From the NCBI GenBank assembly GCA_043228905.1, contig JBHGNT010000021.1, positions 4,278,001 through 4,342,000 on the forward strand: a DNA stretch of 64,000 nucleotides. The letters run 5' to 3'. Source of the DNA: Azolla caroliniana. Its lineage: Eukaryota > Plantae > Polypodiophyta. Within the stretch, counting starts at the first letter, position 1, and the number at the start of each line of letters is the position of its first letter. The translations under genes were made by a program, and so were the position numbers. The notes below the pieces were generated by a model, which was not told the origin of the DNA, did not search any database, and saw only the letters and a program-made list of their open reading frames with translations. Positions 26,701 to 39,693 of the stretch are shown in pieces.

Positions 26701-29700
26701 TGTCGGTGAACCAGTGCCCTATGCCAGCTGGATTTCGTAAACTTGGGTTCGACGCGACCCCTTTTATCCGCTCCTCGCTGCCCTCCGGCAAGGGTGCCGC
26801 GATTGGCCTCACCTTCCGGTCCACAGTCTTGTATTTCGTATCCACGCGGGCCGTTCGATCTGACCCGATCCTTTCCCCGAAGTCCGCGATGACTTCGTAC
26901 AATCCCATCGATCCTACCTGAACGGTCTGGTCTTCTCTAAGGTCTTCATCGATCACCTTTCGTAGTTCGCCCAAGGTGTCATCAAAAGAGACCGCCTCCA
27001 CGGCGCCGCTGATGTCTTCGTCGGGGAAGAGGACTCTGCATCCCTTGAGCCACTCCTCCGCTCGCTTCCTCTCCCAGCCGCTGATGCCGGTTACAGTACA
27101 ACCTCCGTTGTCGGAGAACCAAAACTTCCTACCCATGGTACAAGTCTTCTTCCATACTGTACATTTGTGGGGTTGTTCCCGGGAGTCCGGACTATCGCGG
27201 CCCCACGCCTTGATAGCCCTCTCTAAAAATCCCCTCGGGTTTCGCTACCGAGGTCCTCGCGGTTACGCTCGTGGTTTGGTCTCACCATTAGGAACTGGAC
27301 CGAGTGGCGCCCGTCCTAGCTTTTGACTCTTGCATAGGCTGAACCGGTGTCTAGCACCTTGGTCTCCATCCGTGCCACCGTGATATATGGCTCTCCTAGT
27401 ATAACCGGATGCGAGGACGTCTCTTGCACAAAGAAGTGCTGGTCGATCTCGACATCGCCGATTTTCACCCATACGTTCGGACAGGCCCCATGTAGTTCTT
27501 CCGTGGCGCGCGTCGTTGCCTGTATCTTCCAGCCATGCTTGGTGTTAATCGGCCATTTACCCTTCTTGTAGAAATACATGGACATCAGGTTGATTTCGGA
27601 TCCATGGTCCACCAACGCCACCACCGGTTCCAGAATGTTGCCGATCCGTACAGGGGTTTCCGTAGTCGCCCTGGCCCAATGCGGCTTCGTGTAGTGGCTT
27701 CCCGCCAGCTCATCTTCCAGGTCTCCTTCTTCCAAGTGCGTGGTTCGCACTTCCACCGGCTTCTCCGGTTCCGGCTCCGTCGAGAGCCTCTTCCGCTTCA
27801 CCAAGTCTACGATAGAGTCGTGGAACTCCCTCTTGGCGATTCCCAGCACTTCCCGCAACGACAGCTCCACTTTACTGTCAAGGATTCGCTCTTCAAGGAC
27901 CTTCCGTAGGTCCGTTGCTCTCTCGATTTCGGTGCTCAACCGAAACCCCGCCTGCTTCTTCCCATCCGGCACGCCTGGGTTGCCGGCACCGGTCGGTTTC
28001 GGCCCAAACCGGGTCTCATACCTCGGGGGCCCGACCCCTCCGGCCTTTCCTACCCGTTTGTCCTCCACCAGAACCTCGTAGTTCTTGCAAGTGGCTTCTA
28101 CGAAGCCCGTTTTCTCTTCCACCGGATCGTCCCAACCGGTGACCTCCTGGACCCGCTGTTCCGCGCGGCCCGCCTCTTCCTTCCTCAGCCGAACTCCGGG
28201 GAGGCCTTCTAGCACTAGCGGCCAGAATCCGGAGTCCTTCGCCTTCCGGGTCTCATCACCCCCGACCCGAATTCCCGCCAACACTGAGTAGTTAACGGCT
28301 TCGACGTGTCGTGTCGCGGCCTCTTCCATCAACCTCTTCATTCCGCCGCGCCCCGTATTCAATTCCAGGGCTCTCCGGGTCTCGCTCGCGTGCACCCGCC
28401 CGTTCCAGAGGTACACCACGTTGGTTCTAAGCGCGTCGGCGAAATCCGCGCAGTCCTTCCAAATGTGACCGATCGCGTCACACCACATGCACCGCTTCCC
28501 AGCCGGCGGCCTACGGTCGCGAGGTTGTTCACCATTGTCTCTTCGGGCCTGTGTGATCTGCAGGTCGCACACCATCTGTGTTAGCTCCTCCAAAGCCGCT
28601 CCTCTAGATGGGCCTCTGACCACGTCGTTTGATGCCGACCCCAACTCCGGCCAGATTCGGGTCTCTTCCTTCCTCCCAGCCGGCACCGAAACCGGCTCCT
28701 CGAGCCTCCTCCCCGGGACCGGCCCCGACCCCGACGTGCTTCCGTCGCTCCAATCGTGTCGTTTGTCGAAACGGTTGCAAACCCATTTTACCACGGCCCA
28801 ATCTGTCGTGAGCCCTTCGTCTGTTTCCAATAGGGGCCCCACCTTTTCCCTGTCGAGCGCATCCACCGACTTGACAAACAGCAGTACTCGACTTGTTTCG
28901 AGCGCCGTCCGGTCCAGCGTCGACAGCCGCGCGAACCGTTTTTCGAACTCCTGGAGGAGCACCGACGTGTTCCTCCCCTTTCCGGGGCTTTCCACCCACG
29001 CCATGAAGTCCCGCCTCGACAGCCGGAGTGAGTCGTCAAACCCGTACTTCTCGAGGAGCTGCAGCTCGAACTCCTCCCAAGTCTGGCATCCGGCCAGCAC
29101 CTCGAGCACCTCCGCATGGATGCCCGGCGTCACCACCCGAGGGAATCCGGACAGCCTCCTGTCCACCGGGATATCCCTCATGATCATTTTGGCCCGGTAA
29201 GCCTCCAAATAACTTGTGGCGTCTTTCCCTCCGAAACGGCCTATAGAGCCGACGATCGATTCAATGGCTCTGTCGAGGGTACCCGTTCCCTCACGAGCGC
29301 TCACTAGCCGGTCGACGGCCACCGCCATTGCCTCTGCTAGCTCCGATCCCCTCATATTTCGACTCCTTTGCCGCCCTTTTCACGTCGGGTTCACCAAAGA
29401 TGTCGAGTTGTTACGCGCGTATGTGTAGAAAGGGGCGGGACCACGGGGGTCTTGGACCGAGGAGCGAGAGAGAGACAGAGACAGAGAGGGAGACAGAGAC
29501 AGAGAAAGATTCACCGACACGTAGAAGCGAGAAAGAGAGAAACAGAACGTAACACTTAATTATAATGACTGAGATTACAAACTCCGACAGTTACAACCGA
29601 CAAAGCGGTGACAGTCCCGACACGGGAACCCTACTCACGCACACCGACGACAGTCACCGACTCAAAGAAACAAAAGGGGAAGGGGAGCGACTCTGCTAGA

Positions 29701-30031
29701 AGCACACGGGCTGTCCACGAAGCAGAGGCAGTGACCTCCCGATACCCGCAGAGAGCGACGATTCGAGTCGAAGAGAGAGAGCTCCGCCTTCCGTTCTGTA
29801 GCAACCTCCTTCCTCCTCCTCGCGCGCGATCCCGTTTTTCTCTTCTCTTCTTCCTTTTATTCCTTGTCCCCTCTCTGGGATACGCACAATCTCCCTCTAA
29901 TAAATGTGTGTGGCTTAGTAGTCACATCCACTGGTTCGTGTACAAAGTATACAGTCACGCGTCCATCTGTGTAGGGGCCGATTTACGCGCTTTCTCTCCG
30001 ATTCCGCCTATGGTCGGTTTTCTTCACGACA
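23792..30031 (-). mobile_element. Gypsy element E nested in the 5' LTR of element D
   Basis: LTRs 23792-24424 and 29401-30031, TSD ACGT (23788-23791 / 30032-30035), gag-protease ORF 27316-29355, pol fragments 24530-27225. The integrase 3' half is deleted. Confidence 0.96.
27223..29355 (-). CDS. Gag-protease polyprotein of element E (one premature stop at 27316-27318)
   Basis: 679-aa ORF with a CX2CX4HX4C knuckle (CMWCDAIGHIWKDC) and retropepsin-like VVALVDHGSEINLM...VILGEPY. The frame continues to GGG GAT TTT TAG at 27223. Confidence 0.88.
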
Positions 30032-33000
30032 ACGTGCGTAATAACGCGACATATTTGGTGAACCCGACGTGAAAGGCGGCAAGGGAGGATGGAGTCGGAA
30101 GAGAGCTCGACACGCGATCAAACGGAGTACGAACTAGAGGCGTTGGTATGGGAGGCGTGCGAGAGCGTGAAGGTGAAGTTCGAAGCTAAAGAAGGGCTTA
30201 TTATGGAGTCGAGCCGGAGACGATCCGAGGATGCGGAGGAAGAAGCCTCCCTATGCGTGGACAATGGGGCCTATACGGAGGCCGGAAGAGCGTGCAACGA
30301 CGACGACGTGGGAGAGGGTGCAGGGCAAGCGACCCTCTCGTCTTGCGGAAAAAGGGCAGGCATGGACGAGGCCGATGACTACGAAGCGGGGAGCACCACT
30401 TCGAGAGTGGGCGGAGGATTCAGGACACGATGGCCCAAAACATCGAGCAGGGAGGAGACGAGCAGTGGTGCCGGGATCTTACCTACACCGATTCTGGAGA
30501 CTCCGGCATCCGGCCCGAGAGCCGGTGTGAGACCTAGAATGATGAACGGTGGCGGCGGCAAGGCGGGCAACCGAGACGACGACGAGGATCATAGCGGACG
30601 GAGGAGAGACCCCTCGACACCGGGGCCGGAGACTACGGTGGTTGCGCTCGAATGCCAACATAAGACCGGAGAGAAGGGCGGTGGCCATGAGGAGGCGTGG
30701 CCCGGAGTGAACACGTACGAAGATGAGGATGCGAGGCCCGGAACGGGCATATACAAGAGGACTGATGAAGAGGGATGGGAAACGTCCTGCGAGGAGGCCA
30801 AGGAAGGAGGCAGCACGGGAAGATCGGCATTCCGATTCGGATGGAGCGTGATTCGGATGCGGATGACTCGACAGAAACCGGCCCAAGGCGTGAAAGACCA
30901 GCGACGGGCTATAGAGCCCGATCGGTAGGGATCGGTTCGGTACAATAGTTCCGGCGCGGAAGAGGGTGCGAAACAAATCGCCCTCTTTTACATGAGGACA
31001 CAAGCCGGCCAGGCGAAGGCCGCAAATCGGGAAGCTAGCGATCGAGGTTGCAAAGAGAGACCAGCTGGTTTCAGACACCGCTGCCCGAAACTCCGGACAT
31101 TGGAGAATCAAGTGCAGGCGGCACTTGATCGATCGAAGTCCAGATGCTTCTCACCGAACGTGCTTGGGGAGCGGTACCCCGAACGAGCATCCGCAAATCA
31201 TTACGGGACGGAAACACCACGTCTTACCCGGAGACTCAGGTAGCTGGCAACGAGCGTCGGCGTGAGACCTGGAGAGATGGGAGATGGAGGCGGGTACGCG
31301 AGAAGGAGGGCGAAGAGTTCAAAAGAAGTACAGGTGAGTGAGGATGAAAGCAACCAATCCTACGGGATCCCCACACCAATCCAGAGACTCTGGCAGTTCG
31401 GCCAACGTGGCAACGTCAGACCTAGAGAGAAGGATGATGGCGGCGGGAAACGGTAACGGCCAATGCGAACAGACCTGGACGATAACAGAGAGGACGTGTT
31501 TCTGGATAACCAATCCGGAAGGAAGGAAATCGGTACGTCGGTACCACGGGAGAGGGTGCGGAGCAAACCGCCCTCTCGGCATACGAAGAAGGACGACCCG
31601 GGACAGGGTCGGGAAGACAAACCGGAGGCCCAAGGAGGATCCTTCACACCGGATTTAGAGACTCCGGCAGTCGGCAACGCGGTCGACGTAAGACCAAGAT
31701 ACTGACGCTGACAGCAAGGGGACAAGGGCGGAAAACTATCGATGGGCGGTCTACGGACATCCTCACACCGATCTGGTTGTTGGCCTGAGTGCCGGTGTGA
31801 GTCCTATAGGAGAGATCGGTGTCGGCAGGAAGCGACGAACGGCAAGGAGGTATGAGGCCAGCGAGGTGGCTACGGACCATTTCGGATCTTCCGACAAGGT
31901 CAGTGGGCATAAGGAGTCCGGTCCTATGGGATCCCCACACCGAACTAGAGACTCCGGCAGTTCGGCCAACGTGGCAACATGAGACCGAGAGAGAAGGTTG
32001 GTGGCGACGGGAAATGGGACCCGGCAACACGAAGGTGGGACCCGGCTACGCGGAAGACACGAGGAGAGTCGCGAAGGACTCCGACAAAAGACACCCGAAT
32101 TTCGGCAAGCAGAGAAACGGAGTCCGTTCCTAAGGGACCCTCACACGGATCCGGAGACTCCGGCGGCCGGCTAACAGGAGTTGGCGTGAGACCTAGGGAG
32201 AAGGATGGTGGCAGAAGGAAACGGAACCCGGCGACACGAGATTGCGGATCGGGATTCGGAAAGACGGGGGCGGACGAAGTGCGAAACCCTTACCGGCCGG
32301 TTACGGTTTCGGAAGGAGCCGGTAGGGGCAAACACGGGGAGGTGTGTCGGGCCGGAAAGGCACACCTGGGGAGGAATAAGAGTCTCGCAAGTTGCCATCG
32401 CGGGCCAGATCGAAGCGTGGCTATGGGACGGTGTTCGGCACGGGCGGTGCGGAACAAAGGAAGCGGAAGACGGCACAAGGGAGGTGCCAGGAACGAGGTG
32501 ACAAGTGCATAGTGGACTGCACAGGGTTGGAGTCAGGGGATGACAAGGGAGTCCAGAGGAGGATCCTTCACACTCGCTTCGTAGATCTCGGCAGCTCAGT
32601 CAGAGTAGCGAAGACTGACACGGCAAGCCTGGGATGACAAGCTGGTGGGGGCGAGGGGATGACGGCAAGCGGAAGACTCAAGACCTGTTGAAGCAGCGCA
32701 AAACGGAAAAGGCCAAGCGGGCCACTACAGGGTGTTCCTCAAATGCGGAGGACACCGGTATGCGGATGAGCAGCGATGCACGATCTGGCCGGGAAAGGGG
32801 CCGACAAGGCGTGCAAAGAACCGAAGTGCGGCATAGGCAGTGCCAAACAACGAACGAGGGCATGCGGCACACGGAGGTGCCGGAGTGGAAAGACGAGCAC
32901 GAAGAAGGGTTGCGCGGTTCGGAGGTAGCGCGTAGAAGGCCAGAGAAGGATCCTCCATACCGTTCCCGAGACCATGGTGGTTCAAGCCGACGTGGCGACG

Positions 33001-36000
33001 TAAGACCATGGAGAAGGAAGGTTGCGGCGAGAGGACGAAGGCAATGTGAAATAACATGGGATGGCAATCAGGACAACACGAATGGTCGACGGAGGCCAAG
33101 CGGACCACTACGGGCATTCCTCAAGCGGAGAACATTGGGCATACGGCGGAGAGTGGGGCGTGCATACGGCCGAACAAGGGCCAGCGGAAGTACACGTACT
33201 ACGGAGATCGCAGCGAAAGACCCATCGACGGGTTGAACGAGCCTACGGGGAGGTAAGCGCGAAGGAAGAACCGAAGCCATTGGTTCAAACCGGTAGCGAG
33301 CCGGGATGCGGATTACGGAAGACCGGTTTCTCACCGGCCGAAATCTCTCACCTTTCATCGGATTTGGCACGTACCGGTGGACGTGCGGTTTGGTGGGGGC
33401 AGATGTCGTGAAGAATTTCGGCTAGAGGCGGAAACCGGGAAATATTGGCTACATCGACGGGGTGCAACATGTGCGATCACCCTTGTACATTTAGTGTGAA
33501 TAACGAGGGCGCCTTTATGGCGTCGAAGAGTAGTCAAGTCGGGACAGAGAATCCCATGTAAGTCGGGATTTATCCCACATTGTAACGCATCTCCCTCCTT
33601 GTTCTATAAAAGGAAGGGAGCGCCTCTTGTGAAGGGGTTGCCCATTTTTGCATTCGTAGGGTATACCGTTAGAGGAAGAAACGTTCTCTCTTCCTCTTTC
33701 TTTCCTCTTGTTTACGGTTTCGTTTCCTTTCTCTGCTTCTTCCTCTTCGTCGTTCTAAGTATCGAGCCTTGGCATCTCGTGTTCCTGCTTTCTACCCGTT
33801 CTTTGTGCAAGACCCCGCTCGGCACGACAAGCCCGAGAGCTCCCCCGACCGGCGGCTTGGCAGTAGACGACTATTGTAACCTGAGCTACTTAGGTCGGGC
33901 TCGATACCAGTATTGTATCTTAGTCTTGTGATATATGCATGGAGTGTTCTGCGCAACGGTGTTTGTGTGGGTGTTTTGGTGTTCTCTTACCTCCGTTTCT
34001 GTACATAAGGGCGTGAGTTGGGTCGGCATGGTGTGTGTGTGTGGGTGTGAGTCGGTGTCAAACGCGCGCTCTCTCTCATTCTCTCTCCCGTTCGGTTGCT
34101 TCCGGAACGCGTCCGGAATCGTCTTCTCGGCTTCCCTTCTTCCCTCGTCCGAGACCCCTGTGGTCCCGCCCTTCTACACACATGCGCGTAATAACGAGAC
34201 AGCGTCGATGTGAGCGACAACAAAAAATAACAATATCAAGATTCACACCAACTTATGCATCAGTAACGACGCAATCATCCCCAAGGCAAACATATAGCCC
34301 TACTCCAACTCCAAGGCCAACACGTAGTCCAGTCCCAATGGATAGTCCTACACCCATGGAGATCGATATCACTCAACGACGAGGACCGTTGTCGGACGAA
34401 GAGAAGCAACGACGCCGAGCAAACCGTCTGTGCTTATATTACGGAGGTCCATGACATATAGCCATTCATTGCTCCCGTAGGCCAAGACGTCAAGTAAATC
34501 AAATTCACTATGACAATAAAAATGAGTCCAACATTTTAGAAGCAGTTAGTGAATCTAACATTATGAATAATCCACCCTTGTCCAATAAGTTTGAAGTCCT
34601 AAGCCAATTAGAAGAGGTGTCAGACAAATAAGTTCGGCCAAAATAGGAGTCATTTGGTTGGACAACCCTAGATATGTACAACCTAGTGTGGGTTCCATTT
34701 CTTCCAAGCATGTTAGTAGAGTCTTCTCAACCCAAGTACAAGTTAGGACACCGAGTTGTCAACTTCAAGTCCAAGCCCTCTTAGATACTGGAGCCAATTC
34801 TTGTTTCAAGCCCTCTTAGATACACTTCCTTGTCTAGTTTCCGTAGTAGTGATTGATGGATGTCCCATAGCTTCCGGGAAGATATTCGAAGAGTCTGAGC
34901 CAATACATATACTCTTAGGTGATTTAGGATGTGTAGTTTCCTTTAACATAATCCGTATTCCTTAGCATCCAATTGTCCTTTGTTTGCCATGGTTCGAGCT
35001 ACATGACCCTAGAATCGATTGGAGGAAAATATCATTGCCAAGGATCTAACTCAAGATTATTCTCTTGAAGAATATAGTTCTACCAATGCACCATCTCCTT
35101 TTCATCAAATTTCAGCCATCACACTGCAACAATTGCACCAAGTGGGAGGCAAGGAGGACCTTTTCTTATTTGCAATATTAGTGACACCTTCTAGTGCCAC
35201 TCAAGGGAATTTAGACATCCAAATTCCCAAAAAATATCAAGACTATGCTAATGTTTTTGACAAAGTCAAAGCTAGTGTTCTTCCAAAGCATCGGCCGTAC
35301 AACTGTCCTGTTGATCTCCAACCAGGAAAAGAGCCATCGTGGGGTTTGATTTACAATTTATCACCCACTGAGCTTGAGGTTCTTCGAGAATACATCGAGG
35401 AAAATCTTGCACATGGGTTTATTTGACATTCAAAGTCTCCAGCTGGTGCTCCTATCTTTTTGTGTGAAGAAAAAGGACGGCTCCCTTCATTTGGTCATGG
35501 AATATGAAGGCTTAAATAAAGTCACCATAAGGAATAGGTATGCTCTACCTTTAATCTCTGGTCTCTTAGAACGCATTCGTGGGGCAAAGCATTTTACCAA
35601 AATTGATCTAAGGGGTGCATATAATCTTGTTCAAATTCGACCGAGAGATGAGTGGAAAACTGCATTTCGTACTCGGTATGGTCATTTCGAGTATACAGTC
35701 ATGCCTTTCGGGCTCATAAATGCATCCGTGGTATTTCAACATATGACCAATGACATTTTCCGAGATTTCTTGGATATCTTTCTCGTCATCTACCTAGATG
35801 ATCTGTTGATTTGCTCTAAAACACATGTGGAGCATGATATACAGATGCAGAAAGTACTTGAACTCCTAGAAGAAAGTATGTTCTTTATGCCAAACTTGAG
35901 AAATGCAGTTTTGATTGCAAACAAGTCGAATTTTTGGGATACACTATTTCATCCAAGGGTATGTTCATGGATCCAGCAAAAGTCCAAACAATATTGGAAT

Positions 36001-36872
36001 GGAAACCCCCATGCTCAGTTCGGGACGTCCAGTGTTTCCTCGGATTTGCAAACCTTTATCGCAAATTCATATGTAATTATTCAAGCATTGTGTTGCCCCT
36101 CACCAACTCACCAAGAAAAATCAAGCATTTTTTTGGAGAATCGAAGCGAACAAGGCTTTTACTCAGCTGAAAGAGGCATTCACATCAGCACCTATCCTAG
36201 CGCATATTGATCCCGAAAAGCCATTTACTATTGAGGCGGATGCGTCAAACTTCGCATTGGGGAGTATCCTATCGCAACCAGGCGAGGACGGGCAGACTCA
36301 TCCAATCTCGTTTCACTCGAGAAAATTTACTATTTCCAAGATAATCTATGAGGTGCATGACAAGGAGTTACTAGTTGTGGTCGACTCATTTGACCAATGA
36401 CGTCATTTTCTAGAAGGATCGCCTCATCAAATTATCATTTATAGTGATCAGAAAAGTCTCACATATTTTCAAACTGCTCAAGTATTAAATAGACGACAAG
36501 ATCGATGGGCCCAATTTCTAACGCATTTCAATTTCAAGATCATTTTTCGCCACGGAAAACAACAAGGGAAACAGATGCTTTGTCTCGGCGTTCGTATCTA
36601 GCTCTTCGACCTAGAGATCCGGCCTTTGACAATCAAAAGCAGATTCTCCTCGGGCCATCAAAGCTACAGTCAACAATTTATGCCACGCCACTTGATTCTA
36701 GCCTTCTTGACACTATTCGGCAACAACTTCACTCTTATGATTTCGGTAAGGATGTCTTAGCCCACATTGGTTCAAGTCGTCCATCTTGCTCCACATTGCA
36801 AGGGTCATCTCAACATTATCAGGACTTCAAGTGGCAAGATGGCTTACTCTTCTACAAGAATCTCCTTTACGT

Positions 36873-37939
36873 TGTCGTGAAGATATTCGGCAATGGTGTG
36901 AAAAGAACATAAAACGTACAAAATCGAGTATGAATCACATAGAACAATAATAGTGAAGTATCTAAGTACAAAATGATGGAGTTCTTCAAGAGCTTTCGAA
37001 TGCACTTTATTACACGAGAAACGGACAACTAGATGTCAAGATATGAGGGTATAAAGTTTGTGAAAGGAAAAGAGAAAACTGTGAGATATTCCATATAGGC
37101 ACAACAAATACGGCTCTCATCATATATAAGGTAGAGCAAAAGCTCTGTCTTTGTGTCTATGTGTTGAGCATAGAGAGTTCAAGGTAACTTGAACTAAGAG
37201 TGGAGGTGGCCTAGCCACTTGTAAAGGTTTTGGCCAACCAAAATGGAACTGGACGGTAACCGGCGATCGGTGATCCGACGGTATCGGCATTCGACAGAGC
37301 CGGCGGCGGATCCAACGGAATCGGGAGCCAGTGATCCGGCGGTATCGGCATCCGGCGATTGACGGCGACGGCGATCACATATATATACACAAGGAGGGCA
37401 AGTGAGGATTCGAACCTTGCACCGCCTAGTTAAGAGTCAATAGGCTTAACACTAACCCATGACATTTAGTTGAATTTATATTTCTATCATTATACTTTTA
37501 CATGAAAATTCTTATACATGAGAGCTAAAATGAGTGACATGGTTAACATGCATCACATGTAATACATGAGCGCCAAATGGCAAACATGCATTTTATGCAT
37601 GTCTTGTACCCTCACATGCATCATATGCATGAGAGCATCTATAAAAGAAGGGATGAAAAAGAAGAAGGGTTAGGTTTTTTTTGGTTATGAAATTAAGAAG
37701 AAGAGAATTTGTTATCGAATTGATCGTGTAACTTGTTTCTTAAAATCTAAAATCAAGAGTTCAATCTTAATCTCTCTCAATCTAAAGTCAAGCGTTCTAT
37801 TCTATCTCAATTTCTCTCTCTCTTTCAATCTAGCTTAAGTACTTTCTCGCTAAAGCTTGCGCCAACTTCAAGTCCTTCCGGTCCTGAACCCCAGCGGTTT
37901 TGCCTCACGATCCGCGCATAGTGACGGATCTTCATGACA
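36873..37939 (+). mobile_element. Solo LTR-like insertion with TGTCGTGAAG-family terminus inside pol of element G
   Basis: Termini TGTCGTGAAGAT...ATCTTCATGACA, 4-bp TSD ACGT on both sides, TATA-like CTATAAAAG near 37639. Confidence 0.85.
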
Positions 37940-39693
37940 ACGTCTCTCACGAATCACCCTAACTTCAAGTGTTAGAACATTGTCGTGATGCCCCCATGGC
38001 TGGACATTTTGGTATTGCCAAGACCATTGAGCTAGTGAAACATTCATTTTGGTGGCCTCACGTGCAAAAATTTGTTGAAGATTACGTTCGCACATGTGAC
38101 ACTTGTTGTCGCACCAAAATACCCAGGCATCATCCTTATGGCTTAGTACAACCATTACCACCTCCCGTCAAGCCATGGCAATCTATTTCTATGGATTTCA
38201 GATCTACCACCTTCCAAAGGCTTTGATAGTATTTTAACAATAGTGGATCGGTTCACTAAGACGGCACATTTTGTACCGTGTGTAAAGACCATTAGTAGTG
38301 AAGATACTGTAGATCTCATTATGCGTGAGGTGTTTCGTCATCATGATCTCCCAAATGATATTATTAGCGATCGAGGTCCTCAATTTATCTCACACTTTTG
38401 GAAGCACCTATGGGCAGGCCTCAAAATCACCTGCAAACTCTCTTCGACTTATCATCCACAAACTAACAGACAAACTGAGAGCACAAATCAAACACTCAAA
38501 CAGTATCTTCGATGCTTCATTAGTTATCAACAAGATGATTGGAGCAATATTTTACATCTTGCCGAGTTTGCATACAACAACACAGTACACTCTTCTACCA
38601 AAGTTACAAATTTCTTTGCCTACACTGGCAACCACCCTCAATGGTATATCCTGGATCTCCGTGAGGTTTCACGAAACCCTAGTGTGGCGCATCACCTCCA
38701 CCGACTACAACAAATCCAATTTGAGTTATCTTCACATCTTCAAAAAGCACAAGCACACCATAAGATCAATGTCGATCGGCATCGTCTTAAGTCTCCTTTT
38801 AAGGTTGGTGACAGAGTATGGTTGCTTCGTCGTCACATCAAGACTACCCACCCATGTGCTAAGCTCGATTATCAACGCTTTGGTCCTTTTGTCATCACAA
38901 TGTGGATTAATGATGCAACATTTCGTCTTAACCTTCCTGCACATATGTGGCTTCACCCAGTCTTTCATAGCTTTCTTTTGGAACCTTGCCGCATCTCTTT
39001 AACTCCTAATCGTGTCGTACGACCACTGCCTTCTGTCCAACTGGTTGACGGCCCCGAATACGAGGTAACTGCTATTCTTGATTCTAATATTATGCGCAAT
39101 AAGCTTTATTATTGAGTTGATTGGCTTGGCTATCCTCCGATAACATTTGTAATGCTCAAGCTCTTGTCGACGACTTCCATCGTCACTATCCAAACAAACC
39201 TGGCCCTACAATGTTAATGCTGACTTCCACTCGGCCTTCTCGAAGGAGGGATAGTTTCATGAACACATGACCATTATGGCGTCACCCGGACTTGAACCTC
39301 GAACCTTGTAATCCATAATTGACAACCTCAACCATTAAGATAACTTATAATTGTCATATGAGAAGATAAAAGCTACTTTTTGTATTAGATTGATTATTGT
39401 AAAAACTCAAGATCATTCTAGAATGTTCTAGAATGTCCTCGAACATTCTAGAACATTATAGAAATCTCCAAGCTATTCTATAGGAACCTATAAATAAGGG
39501 CATACATGTATTCTCAAATCAATTCGAATCAACACTAGTCTTTAGCTCTCATTACATATCTTGTATCCATTCTCTTTCTTTCTCTATATTAATACACCCA
39601 TTCTTCTCAAGTAGCATTTCATTCCTTTCTTCTCGTTTTCCCTTTTATCCTTCTTCCATCACTCTATCTTTTATTCTTGGTTCCGACAGTACT

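Larger units (their letters stand above)
23010..34201 (+). mobile_element. Non-autonomous LTR element D (TGTCGTGAAG family) nested in gag of element G
   Basis: 5' LTR 23010-23791 plus 30036-30051 (split by element E), near-identical 3' LTR 33404-34201, TSD GCGT, Trp PBS and the family PPT. The 3.3-kb interior has no RT, RNase H or integrase. Confidence 0.92.
21944..39688 (+). mobile_element. Chromovirus (Tcn1-like Ty3/gypsy) element G, inserted in the LINE and carrying three nested insertions
   Basis: 5-bp TSD GTACT (21939-21943 / 39689-39693). 3' LTR 39255-39688 follows PPT GAAGGAGGGATAG. The 5' LTR 21944-22258 is rearranged. gag at 22272-23009 and 34206-34630, RT (YLDD) 35374-36210, integrase 37969-39115, chromodomain EYEVTAILDS...KLYY-VDWLGY. 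Confidence 0.95.

Noticed and set aside
28487-29200. Long antisense ORFs over gag and pol (also 6079-6627, 10553-11221, 62022-62561)
   Set aside because: Expected shadows of GC-rich coding sequence. Their boundaries vary between copies and they show no motifs.
30089-33411. Repeat-spacer pattern in element D as a CRISPR-like array
   Set aside because: The repeats are strongly diverged with irregular spacing, lie inside an LTR element in a plant genome, and no cas-like ORFs are present.
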